From Squalus acanthias (taxonomy: Eukaryota): a stretch of 64,000 bases of DNA. The stretch's first letter is position 1, and every line of letters starts with the position of its first letter. Positions 1-11,426 of this stretch are shown here, piece after piece. The stretch lies in contig JASTWF010000368.1 of NCBI GenBank assembly GCA_030390025.1, positions 372,001 to 436,000 of the forward strand, given 5' to 3'. Both the position numbers and the translations under genes were made by a program. Below the pieces are notes generated by a model. That model was not told the DNA's origin, ran no database searches, and saw nothing but the letters and a program-made list of their open reading frames with translations.

Positions 1-925
1 AATCATATTGGAAGCTCCGCCTTTGCCCGCTGGGCGGTGTCGCCTCTTTGATGATTGGCGTCTTTCCCCCTCCCCTCCCCCGGCCAGTTAGGAGCCTGTG
101 TCTTCGCCAAGAGGACCGCACCGACCCTTGCCATCGTCGACCTTTGACTTCTTGCGATCGCTGACCTCGGACTCCTTGCCACGGTTGACCTTTGGCTCCT
201 CCCGATCGTTGACTCCTCGCCCACCTTTGACCCCCTCGCCCGCCGTCGACCTTTGACTCCTGCCTTGGCCCCGAGACCATCAGGAAGGCGGAGGTTCCTC
301 AGCTCTCTCTCTCGGTCGGCTCCCGAAGGCGCAGAGCGAAACGCCCTCTGGTCTGTTCACACTGCACCCCCCTTTGTGTGCGGGGTGGGGGGGGGGAAAG
401 GGGCGTCAGATCTTACACGCCCGTATCCAAACCCTCCTCCTGCCCCCCCCTCCCTCTCTATATGGGGCTGCGTGTCGTGTAACGACAAGACTCTGTTACA
501 GCGGAAGTCCTTGGTAAATCTCGCCCTGCCGATGTCGCGCCTAACTTGTATTTTGCCCCGTCGGATGTCGTCTCTCTTGTATTTTTTTGCCCCTCTGGTG
601 AAGGTGCTGTTGGGGGATTGGGAGAGGGGTGGTGGCGGGGCGGAGGCTGGGTGTTGCAGTACCGGGGGGGGGGGTGGGGGGGGGGGGTTCGACCAGCCTA
701 GCGGCGATGCAGCCACTTTGTAAATTTGCTTTGTGACTTGTTCAGTACAAATGTTCTCGGTTTGTGAGCATGCGATTCGTGGCTGCCGCTCTCTTTCTCC
801 CTCCCCCCTTCCCGACGCGGTGTAAATATTAAACTGTTGTTTTACTCTTTGTTCATGGTGCCGGAGGATTGCACAATCCTTTTCTCAATGGTGAAATTAA
901 TAAAATAATCAACCGAGTTTGGAAA
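1..925 (+). other. Probable terminal 3' UTR of an unidentified plus-strand gene, poly(A) signal AATAAA at 899-904
   Basis: No credible ORF; U-rich UTR-like tracts (ttgtatttt, tgtaaatatt); AATAAA followed by GU-rich sequence; converges on the AIP 3' end. Confidence 0.5.
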
Positions 926-992
926 GTTTATTGCGTTGGAACAGAGGCTCCCGTTGTTTCAACACCTCTCGTATTTCACAACGGATATTCTG

Positions 993-1545
993 TGTGTCGA
1001 GCGCTCCCAGGGCAGGTACAGCACGGGTTAGATACAGTGTAGACCTCCCTCTACATTACCCTGACAGTGTGTCCCCCACTTTATACCCAGTGTCAGCATC
1101 GAGCGCTCCCAGGGCAGGTACAGCACGGGTTAGATACCGTGTAGAGCTCCCTCTACATTACCCTGACAGTGTGTCCCCCACTTTATACCCAGTGTCAGCA
1201 TCGAGCGCTCCCAGGGCAGGTACAGCACGGGTTAGATACAGTGTAGAGCTCCCTCGACATTACCCTGACAGTGTGTCTCCCCACTTTATACCCAGTGTCA
1301 GCATCGAGCGCTCCCAGGGCAGGTACAGCACGGGTTAGATACAGTGTAGAGCTCCCTCGACATTACCCTGACAGTGTGTCCCCCACTTTATACCCAGTGT
1401 CAGCATCGAGCGCTCCCAGGGCTGGTACAGCACGGGTTAGATACAGTGTAGAGCTCCCTCTACATTACCCTGACAGTGTGTCCCCCACTTTATACCCAGT
1501 GTCAGCATCGAGCGCTCCCAGGGCAGGTACAGCACAGGGTTAGAC
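993..1545 (+). repeat. ~102-bp tandem satellite (~5.4 copies); same family recurs at 52649-52947 (+) and 60580-61435 (-)
   Basis: Unit tcgagcgctcccagggcaggtacagcacgggttagatacagtgtagagctccctctacattaccctgacagtgtgtcccccactttatacccagtgtcagca; starts at 1099, 1201, 1304. Confidence 0.95.
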
Positions 1546-3169
1546 GTTACAGGAACCTCACAGGCATGAGAAAAGCTGGACACAAAACACACACCCAGAG
1601 GCAGAGATCACGAGGTTTTTACAAGAGCGGTTTGCGATTGCTGATTGTAGTTTAAAAAAACACAATCGGACTGAATGAACAGCTCGAAGGTGGGATCTGT
1701 GAGCTTGAAGTTGAGCTTTGATAGATCTGCAGCTCCTGTCCCCCTCTCGCTTCGGAAACAAAGTGTGTCGGTGTGTCCTGCTCCCTTGAGTTGGCTCTCG
1801 CTGCCTGGTAACAATTCCCACCTCCCAGTCTGTTGGGCCAGCGGTCGGCTGTGGTACATGGTGAGGGAGGGGAAGGGAGGGGAGTTATTCACGGCCCCCC
1901 ACCCCGGCAGTGTCTTCGGGTGAGGGGTCGAGTCGGGGGGGGGGGAGAAGACAACAGACGTACTGTCCCCGCAGAGCTCCCTCAGGGCAGCGCGCAACTG
2001 GACGAATGGCACACGGGAGAGCCGGGATGGCCACAGCGCCGCCCAGTGGCCACCGCCTTGTAACTGCGCCCTGTTGGCACCGTGACCGTTTACATAGGAA
2101 ACCGTAACTGGCCATTTTCAGTGCAAAAGCACGGGGGTTGGGGGAAGAGAAGTCTGTGGACACACGCGTGTGCACGGGAATCTTACTGTGTTTTCCCGCG
2201 CATGTGTGTGTCACGCTTCTGTGCGCGTGACCCCACCCACCCCCCGAGCCCAGAATGGTCTCTCATCCCCCTCCCTACTGGCACGGAAAAGGCCGACGGG
2301 TGGAAAGCCAGCCAGACACGGTTATGAGGCGAGGATTCGTACCTGGAATGTCGAGAGGCTAGCGGGTACGAGCAGCGTTTAAAGGCGGGGGGGAGAGGGA
2401 TAAATCAGCAAGTGTCTGTTCAGGGAGGCTGTGAGACCTCACGCACGGTTGAAAAGGACCACGAGACTCCCCTCAAACTGTCGATGTGAGTGGGAAGAAT
2501 AATTTCGGATGAACGGAGGAGGTTTTGACAGGTTATTTTATATATATATAGATATATGTACATACAGGTTATACACACAGAACTAACACAGAGACACACA
2601 GCTCAAACTGGCAATGATTGAAACCGAGATTCACAGGCAACAGATATATCCCCACCCCTCCAGCTCGTCCCGTCTGGGATTAACGGCCGACAGGCCCTTG
2701 TTTGGCATTCTCAGACGAGACGTTACCCCCCCACCCCCACACTGTCTGAGATTCACAGACGACAGACCCTGGTCTGAGATTCACAGACGACAGACGTTCC
2801 GTTCCCCCCACCCCCTCCCCGCATCTGAGATTCACAGACGACAGACCCTGGTCTGGGACTCACAGATGACAGATGTCCCCCTCCCCCGCCCCCCGTCTGA
2901 GATTCACGGCCGACAGACACGTCTGGGATTCACAGAAGCCAGACGCCCTCGGCTCCCACCGCGATCCAAGATTCACGGAGCGAGTTGAAGGAAGGGTCAG
3001 CATTTGAAATGGGGCGAGACCTCCCCCCCGCCACCCCCCCTGCCCCCCACAGCCGGGGATTCCCGGGGGGGTGGGAGGAGTGGACGGGCGAAGGGTAGAA
3101 GTGGTTGCCGGTGACGCCGGGCGTGTAACGAGACCTCCACAGCCAACCCCCCACCCTCCAACAGCCCTT

Positions 3170-3372
3170 TCACTGGAACATGCCTTTGAATCGGATCTTC
3201 TCCTCCTGGTCCTTCTCCCGCATCTTCTCCTCGATCAGCCTCAGCTCGCGGCTGACCAGCGGGGCCAGGGTGGGGTCCAGTTTGACCGCCGTCGCCAAAT
3301 CCTTGCGCGCCTCTGGCTCGTTCCACACCGCGCCCTGCGCCTTGCCTCGCTTGAAGTAAGCCTTCACGTTAT
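3170..3372 (-). CDS. AIP: AIP exon 6, terminal ([18 protein letters not shown]...KIRFKGMFQ*)
   Basis: CAG acceptor in phase 1, TGA at 3172-3170, TPR3 and C-terminal helix. Confidence 0.96.
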
Positions 3373-3589
3373 CTGATGGTCGGAGCCGGGCCGGGGGGGA
3401 GGATAAGGACAAGCGTTAGAGGCTCCTCTCCTTCCATTCTCACCCCGCCCCCCCCAAACGCAGCATCCCCCGAACGGGGTCTGGCCCCCTATTCCACTGC
3501 AGGAGAAAGCATAAACCCTGCCCGATGGCCGCAGGAAGGGAGTCACCGGGCAGCGGTCAGGAGCAGGAATCCTGGCACCTTTCCTGCTC

Positions 3590-5980
3590 TGTGTACTGTG
3601 CTGCCCCTCCGACAGTGCGGCGCTCCCTCAATACTGCCCCTCCGACAGTGCGGCGCTCCCTCAATACTGCCCCTCCGACAGTGCAGCGCTCCCTCAGTAC
3701 TGCCCCTCCGACAGTGCAGCGCTCCCTCAGTACTGCCCCTCCGACAATGCAGCGCTCCCCCAGTACTGCCCCTCCGACAGTGCGGCACTCCCTCAGTACT
3801 GCCCCTCCGACCGTGCAGCGCTCCCTCAGTACTGCCCCTCCGACAATGCAGCGCACGCTCAGTACTGCCCCTCCGACAGTGCGGCGCTACCTCAGTACTG
3901 ACCTTTCCTGCTCTGTGTACTGTACTGCCCCTCCGACAGTGCAGCGCTCCCTCAGTACTGCCCCTCCGACAGGGCAGCGCTCCCTCAGTACTGCCCCTCC
4001 GACAGTGCAGCGCTCCCTCAGTACTGCCCCTCCCACAGTGCAGCGCTCCCTCAGTACTGCCCCTCCGACAGTGCAGCGCTCCCTCAGTACTGCCCCTCCG
4101 ACAATGCAGCGCTCCCCCAGTACTGCCCCTCCGACAGTGCAGCGCTCCCTCAGTACTGCCCCTCCGACAGTACGGCGCTCCCTCAGTACTGCCCCTCCGA
4201 CCGTGCAGCGCTCCTTCAGTACTGCCCCTCCGACAATGCAGCGCTCCCTCGGTACTGCCCCTCCGACAGTGCGGCGCTGCCTCAGTACTGCCCCTCCGAC
4301 AGTGCGGCGCTCCCTCAGTTCTGCCCCTCCGACAGTGCGGCGCTGCCTCAGTACTGCCCCTCCGACAGTGCAGCGCACGCTCAGTACTGCCCCTCCGACA
4401 GTGCGGCGCTACCTCAGTACTGACCTTTCCTGCTCTGTGTACTGTACTGCCCCTCCGACAGTGCAGCGCTCCCTCAGTACTGCCCCTCCGACAGTGCAGC
4501 GCTCCCTCAGTACTGCCCCTCCGACAGTGCAGCGCTCCCTCAGTACTGCCCCTCCGACAGTGCAGCGCTCCCTCAGTACTGCCCCTCTGACAGTGCAGCG
4601 CTCCCTCAGTACTGCCCCTCCGACAGTGCAGCGCTCCCTCAGTACTGCCCCTCCGACAGTGCAGCGCTCCCTCAGTACTGCCCCTCCAACAGAGCGGCGC
4701 TCCCTCAGTACTGCCCCTCCGACAGTGCAGCACTCCCTCAGTACTGCCCCTCCGACAGTGCGGCGCTCCCTCAGTACTGCCCCTCCGACCGTGCAGCGCT
4801 CCCTCAGTACTGCCCCTCCGACAATGCAGCGCTCCCTCGGTACTGCCCCTCCGACAGTGCGGCGCTGCCTCAGTACTGCCCCTCCGACAGTGCGGCGCTC
4901 CCTCAGTTCTGCCCCTCCGACAGTGCGGCGCTGCCTCAGTACTGCCCCTCCGACAGTGCAGCGCTCCCTCAGTACTGCCCCTCCGACAGTGCAGCGCTCC
5001 CTCAGTACTGCCTCTCCGACAGTGCGGCGCTCCCTCAGTACTGCCCCTCCGACAGTGCAGCGCACGCTCAGTACTGCCCCTCCGACAGTGCGGCGCTACC
5101 TCAGTACTGACCTTTCCTGCTCTGTGTACTGTACTGCCCCTCCGACAGTGCAGCGCTCCCTCAGTACTGCCCCTCCGACAGTGCAGCGCTCCCTCAGTAC
5201 TGCCCCTCCGACAGTGCAGCGCTCCCTCAGTACTGCCCCTCCGACAGTGCAGCGCTCCCTCAGTACTGCCCCTCCGACAATGCAGCGCTCCCCCAGTACT
5301 GCCCCTCCGACAGTGCAGCGCTCCCTCAGTACTGCCCCTCCAACAGAGCGGCGCTCCCTCAGTACTGCCCCTCCGACAGTGCAGCGCTCCCTCAGTACTG
5401 CCCCTCCAACAGAGCGGCGCTCCCTCAGTACTGCCCCTCCGACAGTGCAGCACTCCCTCAGTACTGCCCCTCCGACAGTGCGGCGCTCCCTCAGTACTGC
5501 CCCTCCGACCGTGCAGCACTCCCTCAGTACTGCCCCTCCGACAATGCAGCGCTCCCTCGGTACTGCCCCTCCGACAGTGCGGCGCTGCCTCAGTACTGCC
5601 CCTCCGACAGTGCGGCGCTCCCTCAGTTCTGCCCCTCCGACAGTGTGGCGCTGCCTCAGTACTGCCCCTCCGACAGTGCAGCGCACGCTCAGTACTGCCC
5701 CTCCGACAGTGCGGCGCTCCCTCAGTACTGCCCCTCCGACAGTGCAGCGCTCCCTCAGTACTGCCCCTCCGACAGTGCAGCGCTCCCTCAGTACTGCCCC
5801 TCCGACAGTACAGCGCTTCCTCAGTACTGTTCCTCCGACAGTGCAGCGCTCCCTCAGTAATGCCCCTCCGACAGTGCGGCGCTCCCTCAGTACTGCCTCT
5901 CCGACAGTGCGGCGCTCCCTCAGTACTGCCCCTCCGACAGTGCGGCGCTCCCTCAGTACTGCCCCTCCGACAGTGCAGCG
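3590..5980. repeat. 33-bp minisatellite (cagtactgcccctccgacagtgcagcgctccct)n filling AIP intron 5, with higher-order structure
   Basis: ~70 direct copies; interrupted by acctttcctgctctgtgtactg at 3901, 4423 and 5110. Confidence 0.98.
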
Positions 5981-6001
5981 CACCCTTCGGACGAGCCTTA
6001 C

Positions 6002-6143
6002 CATCGTATTTGTTTAAGATGGCGGAGCAGTGTTCAATGACCTCGTAGTACTCTTCCGTCACCATCTTGCACTGGCAGTAGTTCAGCAGAAGCGGGGTTA
6101 TCATCTGATCCAGTTTCAGCCAGTGTTCATCGCCTGGCCTCTC
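6002..6143 (-). CDS. AIP: AIP exon 5 ([26 protein letters not shown]...ILNKYD), TPR2
   Basis: CAG acceptor, G|GTAAG donor, 142 nt. Confidence 0.97.
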
Positions 6144-6562
6144 CTGTACGGCCCCGAACACAAACACGTGAAGTGACAATTAGCGCCTCCCTTTTATGGC
6201 TTCAAACATTGACCCCTGAACTCCCGGCCCGATTGTTTAATCATCATTCCCCCTTGCTCCGTTGCTAAGGTAATGGTGGTGAGACTCCCTCTTTTAACTG
6301 CACACGCCCTCCATCCAGCCCCACTCTCGCCCTTTGAACCCAGCGACCGCACCCCTAGCCCTTCGAACCCACTGACGAGACCTGCTGCCCTTTGAACGCA
6401 CTGGAACCCATTGCCCTTTGAACCCAGCGACCGGACCCCTTGCCCTTTGAACTCACTCACGGGACCCCTTGCCTTTTGAACCCAGCAATGAGACCCCTGG
6501 CCCTTTGAACCCAGCGACCGGAACCCTCGCTCTTTGAATCCAGCAACCGGACCCCTTGCCAT

Positions 6563-7436
6563 AGAAACATAGAAGATAGGAGCAGGAGTAGGCCATTCGG
6601 CCCCTCGAGCCTGCTCCGCCATTCGATGAGATCATGGCTGATCATCCAAACTCAGTACACTGTACCTGCCTTCTCCCCATATCCCTTGATCCCTTTAGCT
6701 TTAAGAAGTATATCTAACTCATCCTTGAATATATTTAATGACTTGGCCTCAACTGCCTTCTGTGGTAGAGAATTCCACAGGTTCACCACTCTCTGGGTGA
6801 AGAAATTCTTCCTCATTTCTGTCCTAAATGGCTTACCCCTTATTCTTAGATTATGACCCCTGGTTCTGGACTCTCCGACCATCGGGAACATTCTTCCTGC
6901 ATCTAGTTTGTCCAGACCTGTCAGAATTTTATATGTTTCGATGAGATCCCCTCTCATTCTTCTATACTCCAGCGAGTATAAGCCCAATCGACCCAATCTC
7001 TCCTCATATGTCATTCCTGCCATCCCAGGTATCAGCCTTGTGAATCTTCGCTGAACTCCTTCCATGGCAAGAACATCCTTCCTCAGATAAGGCGACCAAA
7101 ACTGCACACAGTACTCAAGGTGTGGTCTCACCAAGGCCCTGTACAACTGCAGCAGGACATCCCTGTTCCTATACTCAAACCCTCTCGCTACGAAGGCCAA
7201 CATACCATTTGCCTTCTTCACCGCCTGCTGCACCTGCATGCTTACCTTCAGCGACTGGTGCACAAGGACACCCAGGTCTCGTTGCACTTCCCCTTCTCCC
7301 AATCTATTGCCGTTCAGATAATAGTCTGCCTTCCTGTTTTTGCCACCAAAGTGGATAACCTCGCATTTATCCACGTTATATTGCATCTGCCACGCTTCTG
7401 CCCACTCACCCAACCTGTCCAAATCATCCTGGAGTT
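6563..7436 (-). mobile_element. CR1/HER1-type LINE 3' fragment (RT C-terminus + 3' UTR) in AIP intron 4
   Basis: ORF 6652-7512: ...RDLGVLV...LYRALVRPHLEYCVQFWSP...RGHNLRI; CR1 tail ...ctatcttctatgtttctatg; sits in a degenerate ~30-bp repeat (ccctttgaacccagcga). Confidence 0.93.
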
Positions 7437-7520
7437 TCTCTGCCCTTTGAACCCAGCGAACAGATTCCTCTCCCGTTGGGCCCAGACTCCCCACTCCCCT
7501 CCCCCCCGCCAACCCCTCAC

Positions 7521-7697
7521 CTTCATCTGCAGGTTCTTGAGGCAGGCGATGGCGTCATGATATTTCTTGCTGGCCTCCTTGACCTGGCCCTCCTTGAAGA
7601 GCCGGTTTCCTTCCTCGTGGATCTGGGGCACGGCCTCCAGCTTCTCCTCGTCCGTCATTGCCCAGGCCTCCTGCTCGTACGATCCTGGCTCCTCCAC
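7521..7697 (-). CDS. AIP: AIP exon 4 ([19 protein letters not shown]...[11 protein letters not shown]), TPR1
   Basis: TAG acceptor, GTGAG donor, 177 nt. Confidence 0.97.
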
Positions 7698-8046
7698 CTA
7701 CCGACACAAAGCCCCAACATTGGAGACAGAGCAGCCCGGGGGGAGGGGGAAGGGAGAGAGATAGAGAGACCCCCTGATGGGCACCTCCCAGCTCAGGGTC
7801 AGCGCAACGCCTACCACAGCCCACCAAAAGCGTGCCCAATCCTCCGAGCAAGAGCGTCCTCCTGGGTCAAGACAAGGTCAGGCTCATTCCGAGATCATCC
7901 AGTGCGTCGGCTTCTTCAGAATAGTTGGCCTAAAACTGGTTAGAAACTGTTGACCTTTACTCTGTAAACCAGGAAAGCACTGTCTGGGGGGCTGGATATG
8001 ATCCCCAGGTCCCGGAGGGTGAAAGGGCACAGTGTCTGACCTACCC

Positions 8047-9355
8047 GGAATGGGAGTGAATGGGAAGGGGGTTTGGTCCATTGGGATTGTGTACAATGGG
8101 TTTGGTCCATTGGGATTGTGTACAATGGGTTTGGTCCATTGGGATTGTGTACAATGGGAGTGAATGGGAAGGGGTTTAAGTCCATTGGGATTGTGTACAA
8201 TGGGTTTGGTCCATTGGGATTGTGTACAATGGGTTTGGTCCATTGGGATTGTGTACAATGGGAGTGAATGGGAAGGGGTTTAGGTCCATTGGGATTGTGT
8301 ACAATGGGAGTGAATGGGAAGGGGTTTAGGTCCATTGGGATTGTGTACAATGGGTTTGGTCCATTGGGATTGTGTACAATGGGAGTGAATGGGAAGGGGT
8401 TTGGGTCCATTGGGATTGTGTACAATGGGAGTGAATGGGAAGGGATTTGGGTCCATTGGGATTGTGTACAGTGGGAGTAAATGGGAAGGGGTTTGGTCCA
8501 TTGGGATTGTGTACAATGGGAGTGAATGGGAAGGGGTTTGGGTCCATTGGGATTGTGTACAATGGGAGTGAATGGGAAGGGGTTTAGGTCCATTGGGATT
8601 GTGTACAGTGGGACTAAATGGGAAGGGACTGGGTCCATTGGGATTGTGTACAATGGGAGTAAATGGGAAGGGGTTTGGGTCCATTGGGATTGTGTACAGT
8701 GGGAGTGAATGGGAAGGGGTTTGGGTCCATTGGGATTGTGTACAATGGGAGTGAATGGGAAGGGACTGGGTCCATTGGGATTGTGTACAATGGGAGTGAA
8801 TGGGAAGGGGTTGGGTCCATTGGGATTGTGTACAATGGGAGTAAATGGGAACGGGTTTGGGTCCATTGGAATTATGTACAGTGGGAGTGAATGGGAACGG
8901 GTTTGGGTTCATTGGGCTTGTGTACAATAGGAGTGAATGGGAAGGGGTTTGGGTCCATTGGGATTCTGTACAGTGGGAGTGAATGGGAAGGGTGTTGGGT
9001 CCATTGGGATTGTGTACAATGGGAAGGGGTTTAGGTCCATTGGGATTGTGTACAGTGGGAGAGAATGGGAAGGGGTTTGGTCCATTGGGATTGTGTACAG
9101 TGGGAGTGAATGGGAAGGGGTTTAGGTCCATTGGGATTGTGTACAATGGGAGTGAATGGGAAGAGGTTTGGGTCCATTGGGATTGTGTACAGTGGGAGTG
9201 AATGGGAAGGGGTTTGGGTCCATTGGGATTGTGTACAATGGGACTAAATGGGAAGGGACTGGGTCCATTGGGATTGTGTACAATGGGGGTGAATGGGAAG
9301 GGGTTTGGTCCATTGGGATTGTGTACAGTGGGAGTGAATGGGAAGGGGTTTGGTC
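8047..9355. repeat. ~45-bp minisatellite (aatgggagtgaatgggaaggggtttgggtccattgggattgtgtac)n with shorter 29-bp variants, AIP intron 3
   Basis: Direct tandem copies. Confidence 0.96.
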
Positions 9356-9430
9356 GATCAGTTAAGCTTCCCTTCTTCTCCCCCCCGCACCTCCCGATCA
9401 CCGTGACCCTGTGAGCCCGGAGCCCCTTAC

Positions 9431-9619
9431 CTTGAGCATCTCTATGAGGAAGATCAGCGGCTGCGGGTTGTTCTGGAGCTGGTCGAGGTCGCAGTGCCCC
9501 AGTGAGTGGTGCTCGTGGAGCTGGGCGATTCCGCAGCAGTGCCGCTGGCCTTCCAGAGGGTCCTTCCCCACCGCAATGTTCCGCAGGCTCTTCGACACCA
9601 TCGGGTACACCAGCACGTG
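9431..9619 (-). CDS. AIP: AIP exon 3 ([30 protein letters not shown]...IEMLK)
   Basis: CAG acceptor, GTAAG donor, 189 nt, diagnostic [13 protein letters not shown]. Confidence 0.97.
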
Positions 9620-9768
9620 CTGTGGGGGGGTGGGGGGAGGGGAGAGAGACAGAGATCGTTAGCGGGGAAACGGGTGCTGCGGGCAGCCAGAAGGACGGGG
9701 CGCGGGGGAGCCAGAGGGACTGGGAACCAGGGGAACGGGGAGCACCGCGCCAGAAAAGACAGCGTTAC

Positions 9769-9948
9769 CTTGGTGTCGCACAGGAACTCCGCCACCTCCC
9801 CTTGGCGCATGGACGCGACGATGGTCTCCCAGACAGGCAGCTTGAACTTCTTGCCGATGATAAGCTCCATGGGCTTGCCGCGGGTCCTGCTGTCGTCGAT
9901 CATGGTCCTTTCCTCATTGCACCTCAGTGTCTTGTAGTGAAACGTGGC
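9769..9948 (-). CDS. AIP: AIP exon 2 ([44 protein letters not shown]...LCDTK)
   Basis: AG acceptor, GT donor, 180 nt, FKBP-like domain sequence. Confidence 0.96.
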
Positions 9949-10159
9949 CTGTCGTACAGAGAGAGAGAGAGGGAGGGGGGAGAGTCAAAGTCACAGAGCG
10001 GGTGCGAGGGACACAGCACAGGAGGCAAACAACTGGAGAGCTTGGGACCCAGCACCCCACCGAACTCCTCAACAACGACATCGCCCATTCATACAGCGCA
10101 TTTAACATTGTAAAAACCTCCCAAGGCACTTCACAGGAGCGTTATCAAAGACCGAGCCA

Positions 10160-11390
10160 CGTAAGGAGTCTCCTCGACACTGGGGAGACCAAACACAGAT
10201 TGGCTTTGCGGAACACCTCCGTTCAGTCCGCAAGCATGACCCCGAGCTTCCGGTCGCCTGTCACTTTAATTCTCCGCTCCACTCTGACCTCTGCCCTCGG
10301 CCTCCTACACTCTTCCAACCAAGCTCGAGGAACAGCACCTCATCTTTCGATTAGGCACTTCCGGACTCAACATCGAGTTGAACAATTTCAGATCAGAACC
10401 TCTGCCCCTATTTTTTTCGGATGGCAGCTGCTCTCGGTGATTCTGCCATTTCCCATTTACACCTCCTCTCGACCCATCTTTTCTTTCTTTACTTATCCCA
10501 TTACCATAGACATAGAAACATAGAAGATAGGAGCAGGAGTAGGCCATTCGGCCCCTCGAGCCTGCTCCACCATTTAATGCGATCATGGCTGATCATCCAA
10601 ACTCAGTACCCTGTCCCTGCTTTCTCCCCATATCCCTTGATCCCTTTAGCCTTAAGAAATACATCCAACTCCTTCTTGAATATATTTAATGAATTGGACT
10701 CAACTGTCTTCTGTGGGAGAGAATTCCACAGGTTCACCACTCTCTGGGTGAAGAAATTCCTCCTCATCTCAGTCCTAAATGGCTTACCCCTTATCCTTAG
10801 ACTGTGACCCCTGGTTCTGGACTACCCCGCCATCAGGAACATCCTTCCTGCATCCAGTCTGTCTAGTCCTGTTAGAATTTTGTAAGTTTCAATGAGATCC
10901 CCTCTCATTCTTCTAAACTCTAGCGAATACAAGCCCAATCGACCCAATCGCTCTTCATATGTCATTCCTGCCATCCCAGGTATCAGTCTGGTGAATCTTC
11001 GCTGCACTCCCTCCATGGCAAGAACATCCTTCCTCAGATAAGGCGACCAAAACTGCACACAATACTCAGGTGTGGTCTCACCAAGGCCCTGTACAACTGC
11101 AGCAAGACATCCTTGCTCCTGTACTCGAATCCTCTCGCTATGAAGGTCTTCTTTTGCCTCTAACCATCATCCCTTTTGTCATTTAATCTCTCCTGCCTTC
11201 CACCCTATCACAGACCTTCCCTTTTGTTCTTGCCTCCCCTCCACCCTTTTCCTGCTTAAAACCTGTCACATCTCTAGCTTTTTCCACTTCTGACCAACGG
11301 TCATCGACCCGAAATGTGAACTCGGTTGCTCTCTCCACAGATGCTGCCTGACCCGCTGAGCATTTCCAGCATTTTCTGCTTTTATTCCAC
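10160..11390 (+). mobile_element. Decayed Penelope-like element 3' fragment (GIY-YIG remnant + terminal region) split by a CR1 insertion
   Basis: 10180-10400 resembles the GIY-YIG C-terminus of the 47176-48081 element; 11280-11390 matches its terminal region including a mutated hammerhead. Confidence 0.75.
10510..11145 (-). mobile_element. CR1-type LINE 3' fragment nested in the Penelope remnant
   Basis: QFWSPYLRKDVLAMEGVQRRFTRLIPG peptide and CR1 3' tail. Confidence 0.9.
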
Positions 11391-11426
11391 ATCAGGAGAG
11401 ATTAGGACAGGTGACCAAAACATGAG

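Noticed and set aside
130..262. Repeated GACCTTTGAC (DR1-like nuclear receptor site)
   Set aside because: Part of a degenerate ~24-nt repeat in probable UTR; no independent support for function
2620..2985. CRISPR-like repeat-spacer look of this and other arrays
   Set aside because: Vertebrate intron/UTR context, degenerate repeats, irregular low-complexity spacers, no cas genes
3376..6017. Mucin-like ([11 protein letters not shown])n ORFs on the plus strand, also at 15530-17547
   Set aside because: 33-bp SINE-derived minisatellite, open in several frames on both strands; no signal peptide or gene structure
11286..11322. Fourth hammerhead motif
   Set aside because: Core altered to CUGACCA and cleavage triplet GUG; probably inactive
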